A DNA stretch of 39,985 nucleotides from a virus (Duplodnaviria > Caudoviricetes): positions 1-39,985 of the IMG/VR virus record IMGVR_UViG_3300043103_000132; one strand, 5' to 3'. This document shows, piece after piece, positions 1 through 9,760 of the stretch; within the stretch, counting starts at the first letter, position 1; each line of letters starts with the position of its first letter. A program made the translations under genes and the position numbers. The notes beneath the pieces are model-generated. The model was not told the origin of the DNA, made no database searches, and saw only the letters and a list, made by a program, of their open reading frames with translations.

Positions 1-893
1 GGCTGCACTACAGGTGACTCAGCCAATCCAGTAATAGCCGTAGCTGTTCCGTTTGTGACGGTATTCCAAGAACCAATTGTGTCTTCAAACGAAGAGTCGT
101 CCTGAGTAAGCATCAAGTTTGGGGGGGTGCCTAGAACAGCGTCATAGCCAGAGAATGCTCGGGCAAAAGCTTTAACTCCATACGCTGAGCCTTTAGTCAT
201 ATAGATTTGAGCAGCGTATTGTAGTAAGCGTCTGCCCTGTGCAATTCCCATTTCAGACTCGTAGGTCCAACCAAACTGGTCCATCATCAGAGGTATGAGT
301 CGGCCGTCTAGCAGTCTGATGTTATATCTGTTTTTAACGTTCTCTGCGGTGGTCTTAATGAGGTCGTACTCAAAAGCAAACACCTTTAGGAAGTTGTACA
401 AGTCAGTGTTGGTTCCAGGTGCCGGAGTTAGGGCAGTGTTAAAGTCTGTGACCTTGTATGGTGTCGGCAGGTAGTTGTACATTAAATCTGCAGTTCCGTA
501 ATTTTTTACAGAAACGCAGAGGGTGTTACCTGCCCTAAACCACAAGCTGTCGGTGGTGCGCTGTACAAAGACCGAGTAGTAGTAGGTTTGCCCCTCAGCC
601 AGGCCAGCGCCGCCGACGAAGTCTGCGCCTACATCTACAAAAGGAAGCTGTAGTGAGTCGTGGTCCGCAAAAGTAGTAGATATCAAAGTGATACCGTCAT
701 CAGGTGTAACTGGGAAACCCAAGCTGCTTCTGACTAAGACAAAGTTTGACCAGTCACCAGAAGGCTTGGTCCACCATACCGAAATAGTTTTGTAGTCAGT
801 AGGGTTAGCGTAGATAGGTCTGGCGTCAAAGTCAGCAAGCGTCTCCGCACCATAGGTGAAGAGATTATAAAAATTACTGCCGTAGAGCGCCAT
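1..893 (-). CDS. Baseplate wedge / P2 gpI-like tail protein (partial, runs off window)
   Basis: Not in ORF track; ATG at 893 with AGGA upstream. Hand translation MALYGSNFY...LYNFLKVFAFEYDLIK...LMMDQFGW...RRLLQYAAQIYMTKGSAYGVKAFARAFSGYD has the gpI-like 'IYxxKGT/S' pattern and follows baseplate J. Confidence 0.75.
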   Translation of the reverse strand, partial: MALYGSNFYNLFTYGAETLADFDARPIYANPTDYKTISVWWTKPSGDWSNFVLVRSSLGFPVTPDDGITLISTTFADHDSLQLPFVDVGADFVGGAGLAEGQTYYYSVFVQRTTDSLWFRAGNTLCVSVKNYGTADLMYNYLPTPYKVTDFNTALTPAPGTNTDLYNFLKVFAFEYDLIKTTAENVKNRYNIRLLDGRLIPLMMDQFGWTYESEMGIAQGRRLLQYAAQIYMTKGSAYGVKAFARAFSGYDAVLGTPPNLMLTQDDSSFEDTIGSWNTVTNGTATAITGLAESPVVQ

Positions 894-905
894 TTAAATT
901 CCTAA

Positions 906-1391
906 TTAGCCAAATACGTAGGTAAGTACTTGTAGGTTGTCGATGTCTTCTGTAACTCTAGTGTCCACCAGGCCACCGGCTGCGGTGATGTACGCAAGGG
1001 GAGTAGTAGAACCGCTAGGCTGAAACTCCAGCAAGTTAGCAGTCTGGCTAGCTGCAGCTTTGACTATCAAGCCTTTGGTGCTTGAGCTTGCTGCGGTAAT
1101 GGTGCTCCCACCTACGATCTTTACGTACTGGGTGTGCACATCGCCTGTGATACCAACCTCAAGGTTGGTAAGACGCTCAGCCACTGATGCGTGGGCAGTA
1201 CCTGTTGTGAAGCCTGAAGTGGTATAGGTTCTTGTACCTACGTGCGGGTTTACGCCCAAGTAGGTTTCAATAGCGATTACCTCATCCTGCAGAATATTAG
1301 GGTGCGACGCGTCTACAATATCGGTGTTGTTTACCTTTGTAGTGAAGTCCGTCTTAATATTGCCAGGGTAATATGCGTTTGCTAATGGCAT
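906..1391 (-). CDS. Baseplate-associated short fibre/adaptor protein
   Basis: Lies between the J and I-like genes; Thr/Gly-rich; hydrophobic C-terminus LQVLTYVFG. Confidence 0.55.
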   Translation of the reverse strand: MPLANAYYPGNIKTDFTTKVNNTDIVDASHPNILQDEVIAIETYLGVNPHVGTRTYTTSGFTTGTAHASVAERLTNLEVGITGDVHTQYVKIVGGSTITAASSSTKGLIVKAAASQTANLLEFQPSGSTTPLAYITAAGGLVDTRVTEDIDNLQVLTYVFG

Positions 1392-1400
1392 TCTATTTCC

Positions 1401-3104
1401 TTACTGAATACCACCAACACCGGTTAGGGTGAAGGTGCCCTTTGAAGGGATTTCGTTGACTGCACACGAGATTGTCTCTACGACATTTGCTCGTACGGTG
1501 GACGTAGCTGTTGGAGTAGTCGTGGTCAAGTTGCTACCAGTATTTGTAAACGAGATGGTGGTTGCGCCTACAGCAGTTACTACTGAGGCCGCGGTGTCCA
1601 CGTTGTTAGCGCCGTTTACTGAGTCGGTGACCTTGATCGACTGGCCAACAGTGATGTTGTGAGTAGCACTTGTAGTGAGGGTTGCTACGTTAGAAGTTCT
1701 TGTGTAGCTGGATACTGTAAATGTCTGCTCGCTTGTATTTTTGCGGAGGTGCTCTACGGTGATGTAGTCAACACCGTTAACTGTGCTTGCGCTTGTTAGC
1801 AGGTACTGTACTGGAATCAAGTCTGCAAAGAACGAGCTATCAGTAGAAACAAGCTGCGAAAGCGCGGTCATTACCTGAGCAACAACCACGCTCTGCTGGT
1901 ACTGAGGCAGAACACGCACTGTAATCTCTAGGTTCACAGGTACGTAAGTAGGCGGAAGAATAGTCAAAGATACGTTAGGCGCAGTCTTGTCCATAAAGTA
2001 AGCTGCAACTTTATCTGCCTGGGAGGTGAAAGCTGCAGTAGGGACGCCGGCGCTAACACCGGGATCTCCGGCAGGGGCCATGTACAGGATAATGCTGTTA
2101 AATGAGTTTGCATCCGCGCTTGCCTTTGCAACACCTGAAACCTGTAGTGCTAGGTAAGCGTAGTCCCTGAGAGACACAGCTCTAGTTAGAGCCTTTAAAG
2201 CCCTGGGGGTGTTTAGACGAATAGAGTCGGACGATTCTTCATCCGCACCGCCAGTAGCAGCAGATCCGTTAGTTACAGTAACTCCAGCAGCAGAGTTAGT
2301 TAGGAAGTTTTGCAGCGTCTGTGCTGGAACGTTTCCTGCGTGCCCGTTACCCGTGCGGTAAGTGGCGTAAACAGTGTTTCCAGCTGCAGGAACTCGGCCC
2401 ATAACACCGTCACCAAAAATAATGTAAGTGTTCTCATCAGCATCATTTATAGTTGTAAACACGGTGTCAAAGCTATTGCTTTCAACCAATGAGGTCAGGT
2501 AAGTGTAAACAACGTTATTAACAGTCACAGTAATGCTGTCATTGATTACGCCAGTGTTTGCAAGCCTAAACACCTGGCTCGGGGATCCGTTAGACGGGCC
2601 CATGTCTTCGAGGGTAGTAGTAACACCCTCAGTAGCAGCTACTGCAACAGTACCGTTAACGCCAGAAACTTTAGCGGGAACGGTAACTTCACTATCTGTT
2701 TCAAATACAATTTGAGTGTTTAAGCCGTTAACCACTGCAGTAGTAGCTACTTGGGTCTTGGCCGGGAATGTAACCGCAGATGCGGTTGAGTTACTAAAAG
2801 TCAAGGTAGTGGTGGCGGCCACTGCTTTTGTAGGCGCATACCCCAACATAGCTGCCATCTGCAAAATACTGTCACGCTGGCTAGCGGTAGCCAAGAACCC
2901 CTCGTTTGCGGCGCGGTCAGTATAGAAGTTCATAAGGTCGCCCATGTAAGCAAAGAGCTCAATAAGCGTCATACCCAAGTCAGACGGGTCACGGCTAGTC
3001 CAGGCAGGGTTGTACTGGTTAATGAGGTTAAGAAGGTCGTCACGAATAGCAGAGTAATCGCGAGAGGTGTAGTCTACCTGCGGTATGTAATTTACATTAG
3101 CCAT
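1401..3104 (-). CDS. Baseplate J / gp47-like wedge protein
   Basis: DYTSRDYSAIRDDL, DPSDLGMTLIELFAY, IFGDGVMGRVP, GGADEES, RAVSLRDY motifs. Confidence 0.92.
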   Translation of the reverse strand: MANVNYIPQVDYTSRDYSAIRDDLLNLINQYNPAWTSRDPSDLGMTLIELFAYMGDLMNFYTDRAANEGFLATASQRDSILQMAAMLGYAPTKAVAATTTLTFSNSTASAVTFPAKTQVATTAVVNGLNTQIVFETDSEVTVPAKVSGVNGTVAVAATEGVTTTLEDMGPSNGSPSQVFRLANTGVINDSITVTVNNVVYTYLTSLVESNSFDTVFTTINDADENTYIIFGDGVMGRVPAAGNTVYATYRTGNGHAGNVPAQTLQNFLTNSAAGVTVTNGSAATGGADEESSDSIRLNTPRALKALTRAVSLRDYAYLALQVSGVAKASADANSFNSIILYMAPAGDPGVSAGVPTAAFTSQADKVAAYFMDKTAPNVSLTILPPTYVPVNLEITVRVLPQYQQSVVVAQVMTALSQLVSTDSSFFADLIPVQYLLTSASTVNGVDYITVEHLRKNTSEQTFTVSSYTRTSNVATLTTSATHNITVGQSIKVTDSVNGANNVDTAASVVTAVGATTISFTNTGSNLTTTTPTATSTVRANVVETISCAVNEIPSKGTFTLTGVGGIQ

Positions 3105-3504
3105 TAGTGATCTCCTGGATCAAGTCTCCGGTTCGGTTGAATATAGCTGTGTTGATAGATACGTTGTCCTCGTCCCCAGTAGGCAAGTTGTATCTGACAT
3201 AGACATCCATGTAGCCGGTGGTGTAGTCGTAGCTAGGTATAACCTCTATTAATTGTAGTTCACGAAGCCAAGTATTAAAGGCGATAGTTATAGTTCTCTG
3301 GGCTATATCAGCCGCCATAGCCTCGTTCTCAAAGAGGGCGGTGTACAGGTCGCTGCCAAAGTCAGGGCGCATGACGCGCTCACCGAACCGGGTCGAGAGC
3401 ACTAGCACAATACGCTGTTTCCAGTACTGCTTTGCGTCGTTTGTAGCTGAGGTTTGGCCCAGGTTGTTAAAGCTGAAGGGCAGGGTAAATACTGATCCGC
3501 TCAT
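3097..3504 (-). CDS. gp25/gpW-like baseplate protein (sheath initiator)
   Basis: LSTRFGERVMRPDFGSDL motif; start moved to MSGSVF at 3504 (TAATG coupling). Confidence 0.9.
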   Translation of the reverse strand: MSGSVFTLPFSFNNLGQTSATNDAKQYWKQRIVLVLSTRFGERVMRPDFGSDLYTALFENEAMAADIAQRTITIAFNTWLRELQLIEVIPSYDYTTGYMDVYVRYNLPTGDEDNVSINTAIFNRTGDLIQEITNG

Positions 3505-4217
3505 TAGAATGTTCCAATCCATAGTGGGAAATTAGGGTCTCCACCTTCAAAGGACGCCCAGACCCCGGCGGAGGTAGGTGGGGTTACTTTACCTACGGCA
3601 GCAACTGTGAGGATGGAGCTGGCGGCAGAAGGGTGGTCCGGGGTAGTTCCTGGAGCATAGTACGGCATACTCACGGCAGTGCTGTCTACGTGCCACTTAA
3701 GTTCAAAGTAGTCATTAGCATCAAATTTAAGCACGTAGTTCCAAGCCGCAATTGTGCTGCCTGGAATGCTGCCATGCTTAGTGGGGATAGTCACAATTCC
3801 GGCAGAGCCAGGGACATTTACGCCATTTTTACTAAGCCAAACAGTGGCGTTGTGGTCGGCTGTGTCAGTATTTTGAAACTGAAACGAGAACTGAATGTTA
3901 TATACACCAGATAGGCTAAAGTGAATTTGGCTATTATTCAGTAGCTCTAAGCCATCGGCACCATCGTTAGTCCCAAATGTAACTGGATAGGCAACTGTGG
4001 CGCTAGCGGCTGTCTGGGAGTAGTCTGCTTGCCACTCACCATAGACAGGTTTAAACCCAGAAATTCCGCCTAACACAGGCCAAGCCCAGTCAGTTACGCT
4101 TTCGCCAGATACCTGCGGAACAATCATTTTAATTCGGCCCAAGTTCTTAGGGTCAGCGTTGTCTATTACGACTCCTCTGTAAAGCCCTGGATACCTAACC
4201 TCTGGCTGCATTAGCAT
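3504..4217 (-). CDS. Baseplate spike (gp5/gpV OB-fold) with inserted C1q/TNF-like domain
   Basis: YRGVVIDNADPKNLGRIK...WAWP and VWASFEGGDPNFPLWIG are the two halves of the gp5 OB-fold; the middle contains the C1q-like SGVYNIQFSFQF...VWLSKNG pattern. Confidence 0.8.
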   Translation of the reverse strand: MLMQPEVRYPGLYRGVVIDNADPKNLGRIKMIVPQVSGESVTDWAWPVLGGISGFKPVYGEWQADYSQTAASATVAYPVTFGTNDGADGLELLNNSQIHFSLSGVYNIQFSFQFQNTDTADHNATVWLSKNGVNVPGSAGIVTIPTKHGSIPGSTIAAWNYVLKFDANDYFELKWHVDSTAVSMPYYAPGTTPDHPSAASSILTVAAVGKVTPPTSAGVWASFEGGDPNFPLWIGTF

Positions 4218-5508
4218 TCACCTTAAACCTTTGCACGGGGGACGTAGGAGACGGCTGTTTGGTGTTTAAGTTACCTTGCACTGAAGTCCATGCAGCCTTA
4301 ACCAAAGATTTAGAGGCTACGTCGGCTCGGTTAACTCGCCCTACCAAAGCCGTTGTTTTAGTCTGTTGCGCGTGAAGCCCGTTACTCTTAAGTTTGGTTT
4401 CTGGCTTTACTCTGGTGTTTCTGACATTAGGAACAATGTATCGTGCCGGCTTAGAGGCTGGGCGCTTAGGGTGCTGAGGCTTTGTGGTCTCACCCAAAGA
4501 GTCGGTACCTACGCTAAGTGTGGTGTTGTAAACCTGAACGTTGAGGTTTTCTTCAACGACTTCATGCTCTACACGAAGAACGGTCCAGTATCCAGAGAAA
4601 TCTTTTCCTACATTAGACAGGTGCACAGGTATACCTGGGCGCAAAGAAGTCGTACCGATAACTTGGGCATCCGCTTGGTAGGGAAAAAGGCTCTTATTGT
4701 CAGCGGCATCTGCTTCAGAGACAGCTGCCTGGTAGCTGTTAGCTACAACGTTGGTGGCGTGTTTATCAAACATTTCAGGATTAGATATTGCTCTAGTAGG
4801 CTTTGATCGGGTTTGTTTAGTGTATTTAAATAGTTTACCAGTTTCTGGGTTAACACCTGCAATTGAGGTAGCTGCTTTATCCGCTCCGTGGTGCACAAGC
4901 GTCTCTCCCACAAGAGGCTTAAAGTAATACAAAGGCGGACCAGACTTGATACCGGCATCAGCCTTAATAAAGTTCTTAGCCTCGTTAATTAGCCCATCAA
5001 AATCCTCTAGCAATGGCTGGAAGTACAGCACGGTGTTCTCGGCGCGCAGGAAGTAACCAGACTGTTTAGCTAGCTTTACCATAAACTCCCAGTCGGTTAG
5101 GCCGCCCTGAGAGATGTGCGGAAACACGCGAGGGTGGGCAGTAACCTTGTACCCAAAGTTATACTTCTTAGCGATCTGCACAATAATCTGGTCAGCCGTA
5201 ACGTTGTTATAAACCTTTTGGCTAGCCTGTCTCATGACCCACGATGCGCCAATAAACCCGATCTCAGTAAAGTTGCTGTTGTTATCCTGATGCGAACGTA
5301 CGTCATGCACGTATCCGTAGAACTTCTTACCGTGCAACTCAATCACCATAGGCGACCCAGACCTAAGTTGAGTAGGGCTAATCGCCCAGTCTCTAAAATA
5401 GATGCGAGCAAAGTCGTGGTGGTAGTTCTCTTGCATGTAGCTAAGCTTGTAAACACGCTTAAACTTAAACTGGTTATTAGGTAAATCAAGTTTTACAAAG
5501 TTAGACAC
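4195..5508 (-). CDS. Baseplate hub (gp27 / late control D / VgrG-like)
   Basis: TADQIIVQIAKKY, QGGLTDWEFMVKLA, LRPG..V.LSNVGKDFSGYWTVLRVEH motifs. Confidence 0.88.
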   Translation of the reverse strand: MSNFVKLDLPNNQFKFKRVYKLSYMQENYHHDFARIYFRDWAISPTQLRSGSPMVIELHGKKFYGYVHDVRSHQDNNSNFTEIGFIGASWVMRQASQKVYNNVTADQIIVQIAKKYNFGYKVTAHPRVFPHISQGGLTDWEFMVKLAKQSGYFLRAENTVLYFQPLLEDFDGLINEAKNFIKADAGIKSGPPLYYFKPLVGETLVHHGADKAATSIAGVNPETGKLFKYTKQTRSKPTRAISNPEMFDKHATNVVANSYQAAVSEADAADNKSLFPYQADAQVIGTTSLRPGIPVHLSNVGKDFSGYWTVLRVEHEVVEENLNVQVYNTTLSVGTDSLGETTKPQHPKRPASKPARYIVPNVRNTRVKPETKLKSNGLHAQQTKTTALVGRVNRADVASKSLVKAAWTSVQGNLNTKQPSPTSPVQRFKVNANAARG

Positions 5509-5782
5509 TAGGTATCCTTAGCTTTGTTCCGGCAGGGATGTTCTGCGGGTCAACAACGTGGGGGTTGTACTCAGCAATAATCCACCAGTGGTCTGGGTAC
5601 TGGTAGAACTTAGACGCAACCTGGTCTAGGCGGTCGCCTTCTTTCCATAGGTACTCAACATACTGAATTTGACCAATGTCCGAAAACTCGTAGAAGACAA
5701 TAGGGGCCGCGTCTCCAGCCGAAGAAAATGCTACAAAATCTACTACTGAATCTTCGTAGCGAGAGCCGATGTGAATAGTCAT
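5501..5782 (-). CDS. LysM-like / P2 gpX-like baseplate protein
   Basis: KEGDRLDQVASKFY...WWIIAEYNP...IPAGTKLRIP. Confidence 0.88.
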   Translation of the reverse strand: MTIHIGSRYEDSVVDFVAFSSAGDAAPIVFYEFSDIGQIQYVEYLWKEGDRLDQVASKFYQYPDHWWIIAEYNPHVVDPQNIPAGTKLRIPSV

Positions 5783-7236
5783 TAGCTTGTTCCTCCTGCC
5801 AACTCGGGTGCGGTAAGTCCAACTGTAGCCAGTAGGTTAAAGGCAATAGTAAGGTCAGAGCGAATAGGAATCATGTCTTGAGTAAAGGCACCGTGCTCAA
5901 TTGACAGGCTAGTAACGTAGCCCTGGTACGACAATGGGCCGATGTCAATGTTAAGAACGGTAGGGATAAGGAATCCAATGTCGGCTGTAGAGATGCCTCG
6001 GCCGTTTGCCCACGTAACCTGCTTACCATTCTTAGAGCTGCCTGGCCCAGAGCCGTTAATAGCTCGAAGTAGAAACTCAATGTCTGCTAGGGTGCCGCGC
6101 TGGTACAGGTCAATAAGTTTTGCTTCGATAGACGCGTTCGACTCGTCCTGAGCAAAGCTACCATTAACTCGGTAGTACTTAACAAACTTTGACACCTGAG
6201 ACTTGTCTACAAAGTTTTGGTGCTTAGCAAAGTTATTTGCAATAGCGCTTTGGTTACTAGCATCAATAATATCTGGAGATAACCCGGAAGATCTAGTCAG
6301 CAGAGTAGGTGGCTTAGCCCATGTAGGCCGATCAAACATGCTAGCTGCACAAGCAAAATCGTTAGTTCTGTCAATCCTAATAGTCAACGAAAACACTTCA
6401 GTAGCCGGGAAGTAGCCAGGACCACCGATAAAACGGTCCTGTGCAGATGGCGTAGCTTCCATGTTTACTTGCACTGAAGTAGTAAATTTCTCAGGATTCC
6501 ACAGGAACTGGAAGCCGTACTTGTGAGCATCGTCTTTTCCTGCAACGCTAGCGTTTTTGCTATTGTCAGTGCTAGTTCCGATAGACAGGTTAGGGTCGCT
6601 AGATTTCCACCATAGACGGCCGCGGCGATAACGGTCCTGAGAAGGTGGGCGGTTATACCCTTTAGGCATAAAGTTAGGGTCGCTGGAAGGAAGCACAGGA
6701 AGGCTCCACTTGTGAGGGGGCAGATTCCACCTGTATTCATGAGGGCTGCTAGGCTTTGCCGGAATAGGCTTATTGTCTACACTTGGCTTAACAACAACTG
6801 GCTTAACTTTAGGTATGTAGTAGCCACGGTAGAATAGCCAGTTACCGTCAGGGCCCTTGATCTTAACCGACTGGTTAACGAACTTGTAGTTCTTAGTGAC
6901 GCTTGGGTTCTGCGTGTCTGCGTAAGACAGCACTTTAGTAACTCCCATGGTTACTCCACCAGTGGCTTTATTGCCCGGTGGGTAGCAAGCCGCAGGTACA
7001 ACAGGGATACCGGCAGCGTGGCGAGAAGTGTTCAGCGACCAAATAGAATTGTTTGCGGGACCAACCGTAGTAATAATAGTTCCCGCTTTAATCTGGGGTT
7101 GTGGTGTACCGGGCTTTACTGACGGGTCTACGCCAAGGTTAGCGTAGTACTGCGCAGGAGTTTGACTTCCGGTGTTAGCGTTAGCCGTTCTTTTAGAGGC
7201 TGAGCTCTGAAGATTGTACAGGCCTTGGTCACTCAT
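5782..7236 (-). CDS. Tail tube initiator-like baseplate protein
   Basis: FQFLWNPEKFTTS and YQGYVTSLSIEHGAFTQDMIPIRSDLTI patterns; position between tape measure and LysM gene. Confidence 0.65.
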   Translation of the reverse strand: MSDQGLYNLQSSASKRTANANTGSQTPAQYYANLGVDPSVKPGTPQPQIKAGTIITTVGPANNSIWSLNTSRHAAGIPVVPAACYPPGNKATGGVTMGVTKVLSYADTQNPSVTKNYKFVNQSVKIKGPDGNWLFYRGYYIPKVKPVVVKPSVDNKPIPAKPSSPHEYRWNLPPHKWSLPVLPSSDPNFMPKGYNRPPSQDRYRRGRLWWKSSDPNLSIGTSTDNSKNASVAGKDDAHKYGFQFLWNPEKFTTSVQVNMEATPSAQDRFIGGPGYFPATEVFSLTIRIDRTNDFACAASMFDRPTWAKPPTLLTRSSGLSPDIIDASNQSAIANNFAKHQNFVDKSQVSKFVKYYRVNGSFAQDESNASIEAKLIDLYQRGTLADIEFLLRAINGSGPGSSKNGKQVTWANGRGISTADIGFLIPTVLNIDIGPLSYQGYVTSLSIEHGAFTQDMIPIRSDLTIAFNLLATVGLTAPELAGGTS

Positions 7237-9602
7237 CGATTTACCGCCATCTTTACTCGTTCATCTTCTTGAAGAATTCTCTTTACTTCTCGGGCTAATG
7301 TCTGTTCGTTAATTGACGCGCTAGCAGGTACGTTAATGTTTACGGTAACGTTATTGCCGCCGTGGCTTCCCGACCCGACTGGAAGAATAGTAGGGTCAGT
7401 AGATTCAGACCCACCGGTACCATCGCTTGAATTAACGCCAGAGAATAGTGAGCCGGAGCTAGAACTAAACAACGATCTAGAAACTATATCTTCTGTGGAA
7501 CCTGAGTGAACACCAGAAGCCGTTACATCCTTAGATCCGCTTAGGTAAGCCGCAGGGTCGTAGGTTTTACCGTTAATGCTCTTCTGCACCTGGAAATGCA
7601 AGTGAGGGCCGCTAGAGAATCCGGTATTACTGCTCAACCCAACAAGCTGACCTGCTGTAACTTTGTCACCCTTTTGCATAGACTTAGAGCTTAAGTGGCC
7701 GTATACAGTTTGGTAGCCGTCATCGTGCTGAATAATTACGTTGTTACCAAAGCCATCCGGGTTGTAGCCAGTGTGTATAACTGTTCCGTCTTTAACAGCC
7801 TTTACAGACGTACCCTCGGGAATGCCGATATCCATACCGCCGTGAGGCTTAGTAGTTACCTTCTTGCCATCAATAACTAGATGGCGGATTTTTCCCCAGC
7901 TACTGGTAATTTTATTTTGGTAACCGTCGGCAGGACTAGCAACAGTTCCGCTGTCTCCCATGCCGTAAAGCTCGCCGTCGCCGCCCTTACCAAAGTTTTC
8001 CCACCAAGGCTTGCCGTCTGGGCTAGAAGGTATGTACATTCCGCCGTTTGCGCTCATGCCCGACTCGTGGAAAAGCGTGGCTTTTTCAGTTTCAGTTAGC
8101 GGCACGTTCTTATCTCTAGTAGCAAGGCCAATCATATTACTTACACCTGTTATTAGAGGTGCGGCAAAAAGACCTGCTGACCTAGTAGCTAGCTTAGTAG
8201 CCGCAGCTGTACCAGCTTTAGCAACTGTGCTCGAAGCAGCTGTTCCGGCAGCAGCTGTTCCGGCAGCAGCCGTGCCACCGCCACCGAATATGCCCTTAAA
8301 GAAACCGGTTATAGGCCCAAAAGCTTTTGCCAAAGCCATTCCAATAGCTGGGCCAATTAGGTTTCCAAGACCACCGATTAGGTTTCCTATACCACCATTA
8401 GCTCCACCGCTGAGTGTCTGCATAAATGTGGTTAGCTGGACTACTGGGCCTAATAGGAATTCTAAAGCAGTCGCTACTCTAGCTATCTGAGCAATAGCAT
8501 CATTAGCGTCTACAACGCCCTGAACACCTTTGTTAGTGTAAGCGTTAATCGCGCCATAAGCAGCAGCGTTTCTTCTACCCGTAGACTGAGATACCGCGGG
8601 GTTAGCGTTAGACTTCTCTAGGTCCTTCTTGCTTGTGCCTCTTCCTGAAGCAAACTGGTACAGGTAACGAATGACTGACTGACGAAGAATAGGGTCATTA
8701 CCAAAATACTGATTAAGCATTGAGTCAAGTGAGTTACCCGACTGAAGCGCAAAGCTAAGGTCATCGGCGGTAATAGTTCCTCGGCCATCTCCGCCGGTCA
8801 TGCTCTTCAGCTGGTTCCAAACCTGGCGAGCAACATCCTCTACGGCTCTAGGCAAGCCGTTAGCGTCACGAACTTGAATACCGATCATACGAAGCTTGTT
8901 TACGGAGCTAGCCTTGTTAAGGGCTGCCTGAGCTTCCATACCGCCTTCAAGACCAACGCCAGGCATGATGTTAGAAACACCTGCGGCTCCCCTAAATGCG
9001 CCACCGCCTAGGCCGGGCATAAGGCCATTGCTGGCACCCATCATAGCGGCGTTAGCTGCGTCTAGGGAGCTAGTGGCGGTTCCCTGGTTCATCATTTGCT
9101 GCATCTGTCTGCCGCCCAGATCAGCGCCGGCTTGACCGCCTATACCTTGGTAGAATCCCATGGAGCGGCGAGCCATGTCATTCGCAACAAAGTCACTAGG
9201 GTTAATGGCTTGCAGAAATCCTGTGCCAGCTGCGGCTGCCATACCCTTAGCGCCAGCCGCGATAGAGCCCATGGCTTCTTTGCCCACTTCGCTCCAGCTC
9301 ATGCTGCTAGCGCCAGGGTTCTTAAACTGAGTGTTTCCAACTGCAGTGGTTAGACCGCCGCCTGGGCCGCCGCCAGTAAATGCTGTGTTACCGCCATTTA
9401 TAGGCGGAGGTGGGCTGCTTCCAAATTGCATGGAGCCGCCACCAGCGCCGCCGCCCTTAGCATTTTTAAGTCCCTTTGCGACTCTTTCCGAAAGCGCTGC
9501 AGTTTTTTCAAGGACAGCGTTGAGCTTGGTATACTCGGCGGCAAGGTCAGCGACTAGCTTAGCCTTTTTAGGGCTGCTACCACTTCCTGGTAAATTCAGC
9601 AT
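7233..9602 (-). CDS. Tape measure protein with C-terminal M23 peptidase
   Basis: Ala/Gly-rich helical body; M23 motifs PHGGMDIG, YGHLS, TGFSSGPHLHF; NVTVNINV end motif. Confidence 0.88.
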   Translation of the reverse strand: MLNLPGSGSSPKKAKLVADLAAEYTKLNAVLEKTAALSERVAKGLKNAKGGGAGGGSMQFGSSPPPPINGGNTAFTGGGPGGGLTTAVGNTQFKNPGASSMSWSEVGKEAMGSIAAGAKGMAAAAGTGFLQAINPSDFVANDMARRSMGFYQGIGGQAGADLGGRQMQQMMNQGTATSSLDAANAAMMGASNGLMPGLGGGAFRGAAGVSNIMPGVGLEGGMEAQAALNKASSVNKLRMIGIQVRDANGLPRAVEDVARQVWNQLKSMTGGDGRGTITADDLSFALQSGNSLDSMLNQYFGNDPILRQSVIRYLYQFASGRGTSKKDLEKSNANPAVSQSTGRRNAAAYGAINAYTNKGVQGVVDANDAIAQIARVATALEFLLGPVVQLTTFMQTLSGGANGGIGNLIGGLGNLIGPAIGMALAKAFGPITGFFKGIFGGGGTAAAGTAAAGTAASSTVAKAGTAAATKLATRSAGLFAAPLITGVSNMIGLATRDKNVPLTETEKATLFHESGMSANGGMYIPSSPDGKPWWENFGKGGDGELYGMGDSGTVASPADGYQNKITSSWGKIRHLVIDGKKVTTKPHGGMDIGIPEGTSVKAVKDGTVIHTGYNPDGFGNNVIIQHDDGYQTVYGHLSSKSMQKGDKVTAGQLVGLSSNTGFSSGPHLHFQVQKSINGKTYDPAAYLSGSKDVTASGVHSGSTEDIVSRSLFSSSSGSLFSGVNSSDGTGGSESTDPTILPVGSGSHGGNNVTVNINVPASASINEQTLAREVKRILQEDERVKMAVNR

Positions 9603-9760
9603 TACTGACCTATCCTATTTCTGGATGCACGAGACAACCAATTTAAACGTTCTCTTACGGACATCGCTCTAATGTCAGAGAGTGTCCACCCGGGGAATGA
9701 TCTGGTTAGTGCTTCGTACTGGTCGAGTAATGCTTCGTAATCTTCGTCTCTATAGACGAA
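9602..9760 (-). CDS. Tail chaperone C-terminal extension, probably reached by +1 frameshift
   Basis: YEALLDQYEALTRSFPGWTLSDIRAMSVRERLNWL resembles short chaperone-extension ORFs; no credible start/RBS; lies in the +1 frame of the upstream gene. Confidence 0.6.
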   Translation of the reverse strand, partial: FVYRDEDYEALLDQYEALTRSFPGWTLSDIRAMSVRERLNWLSRASRNRIGQ

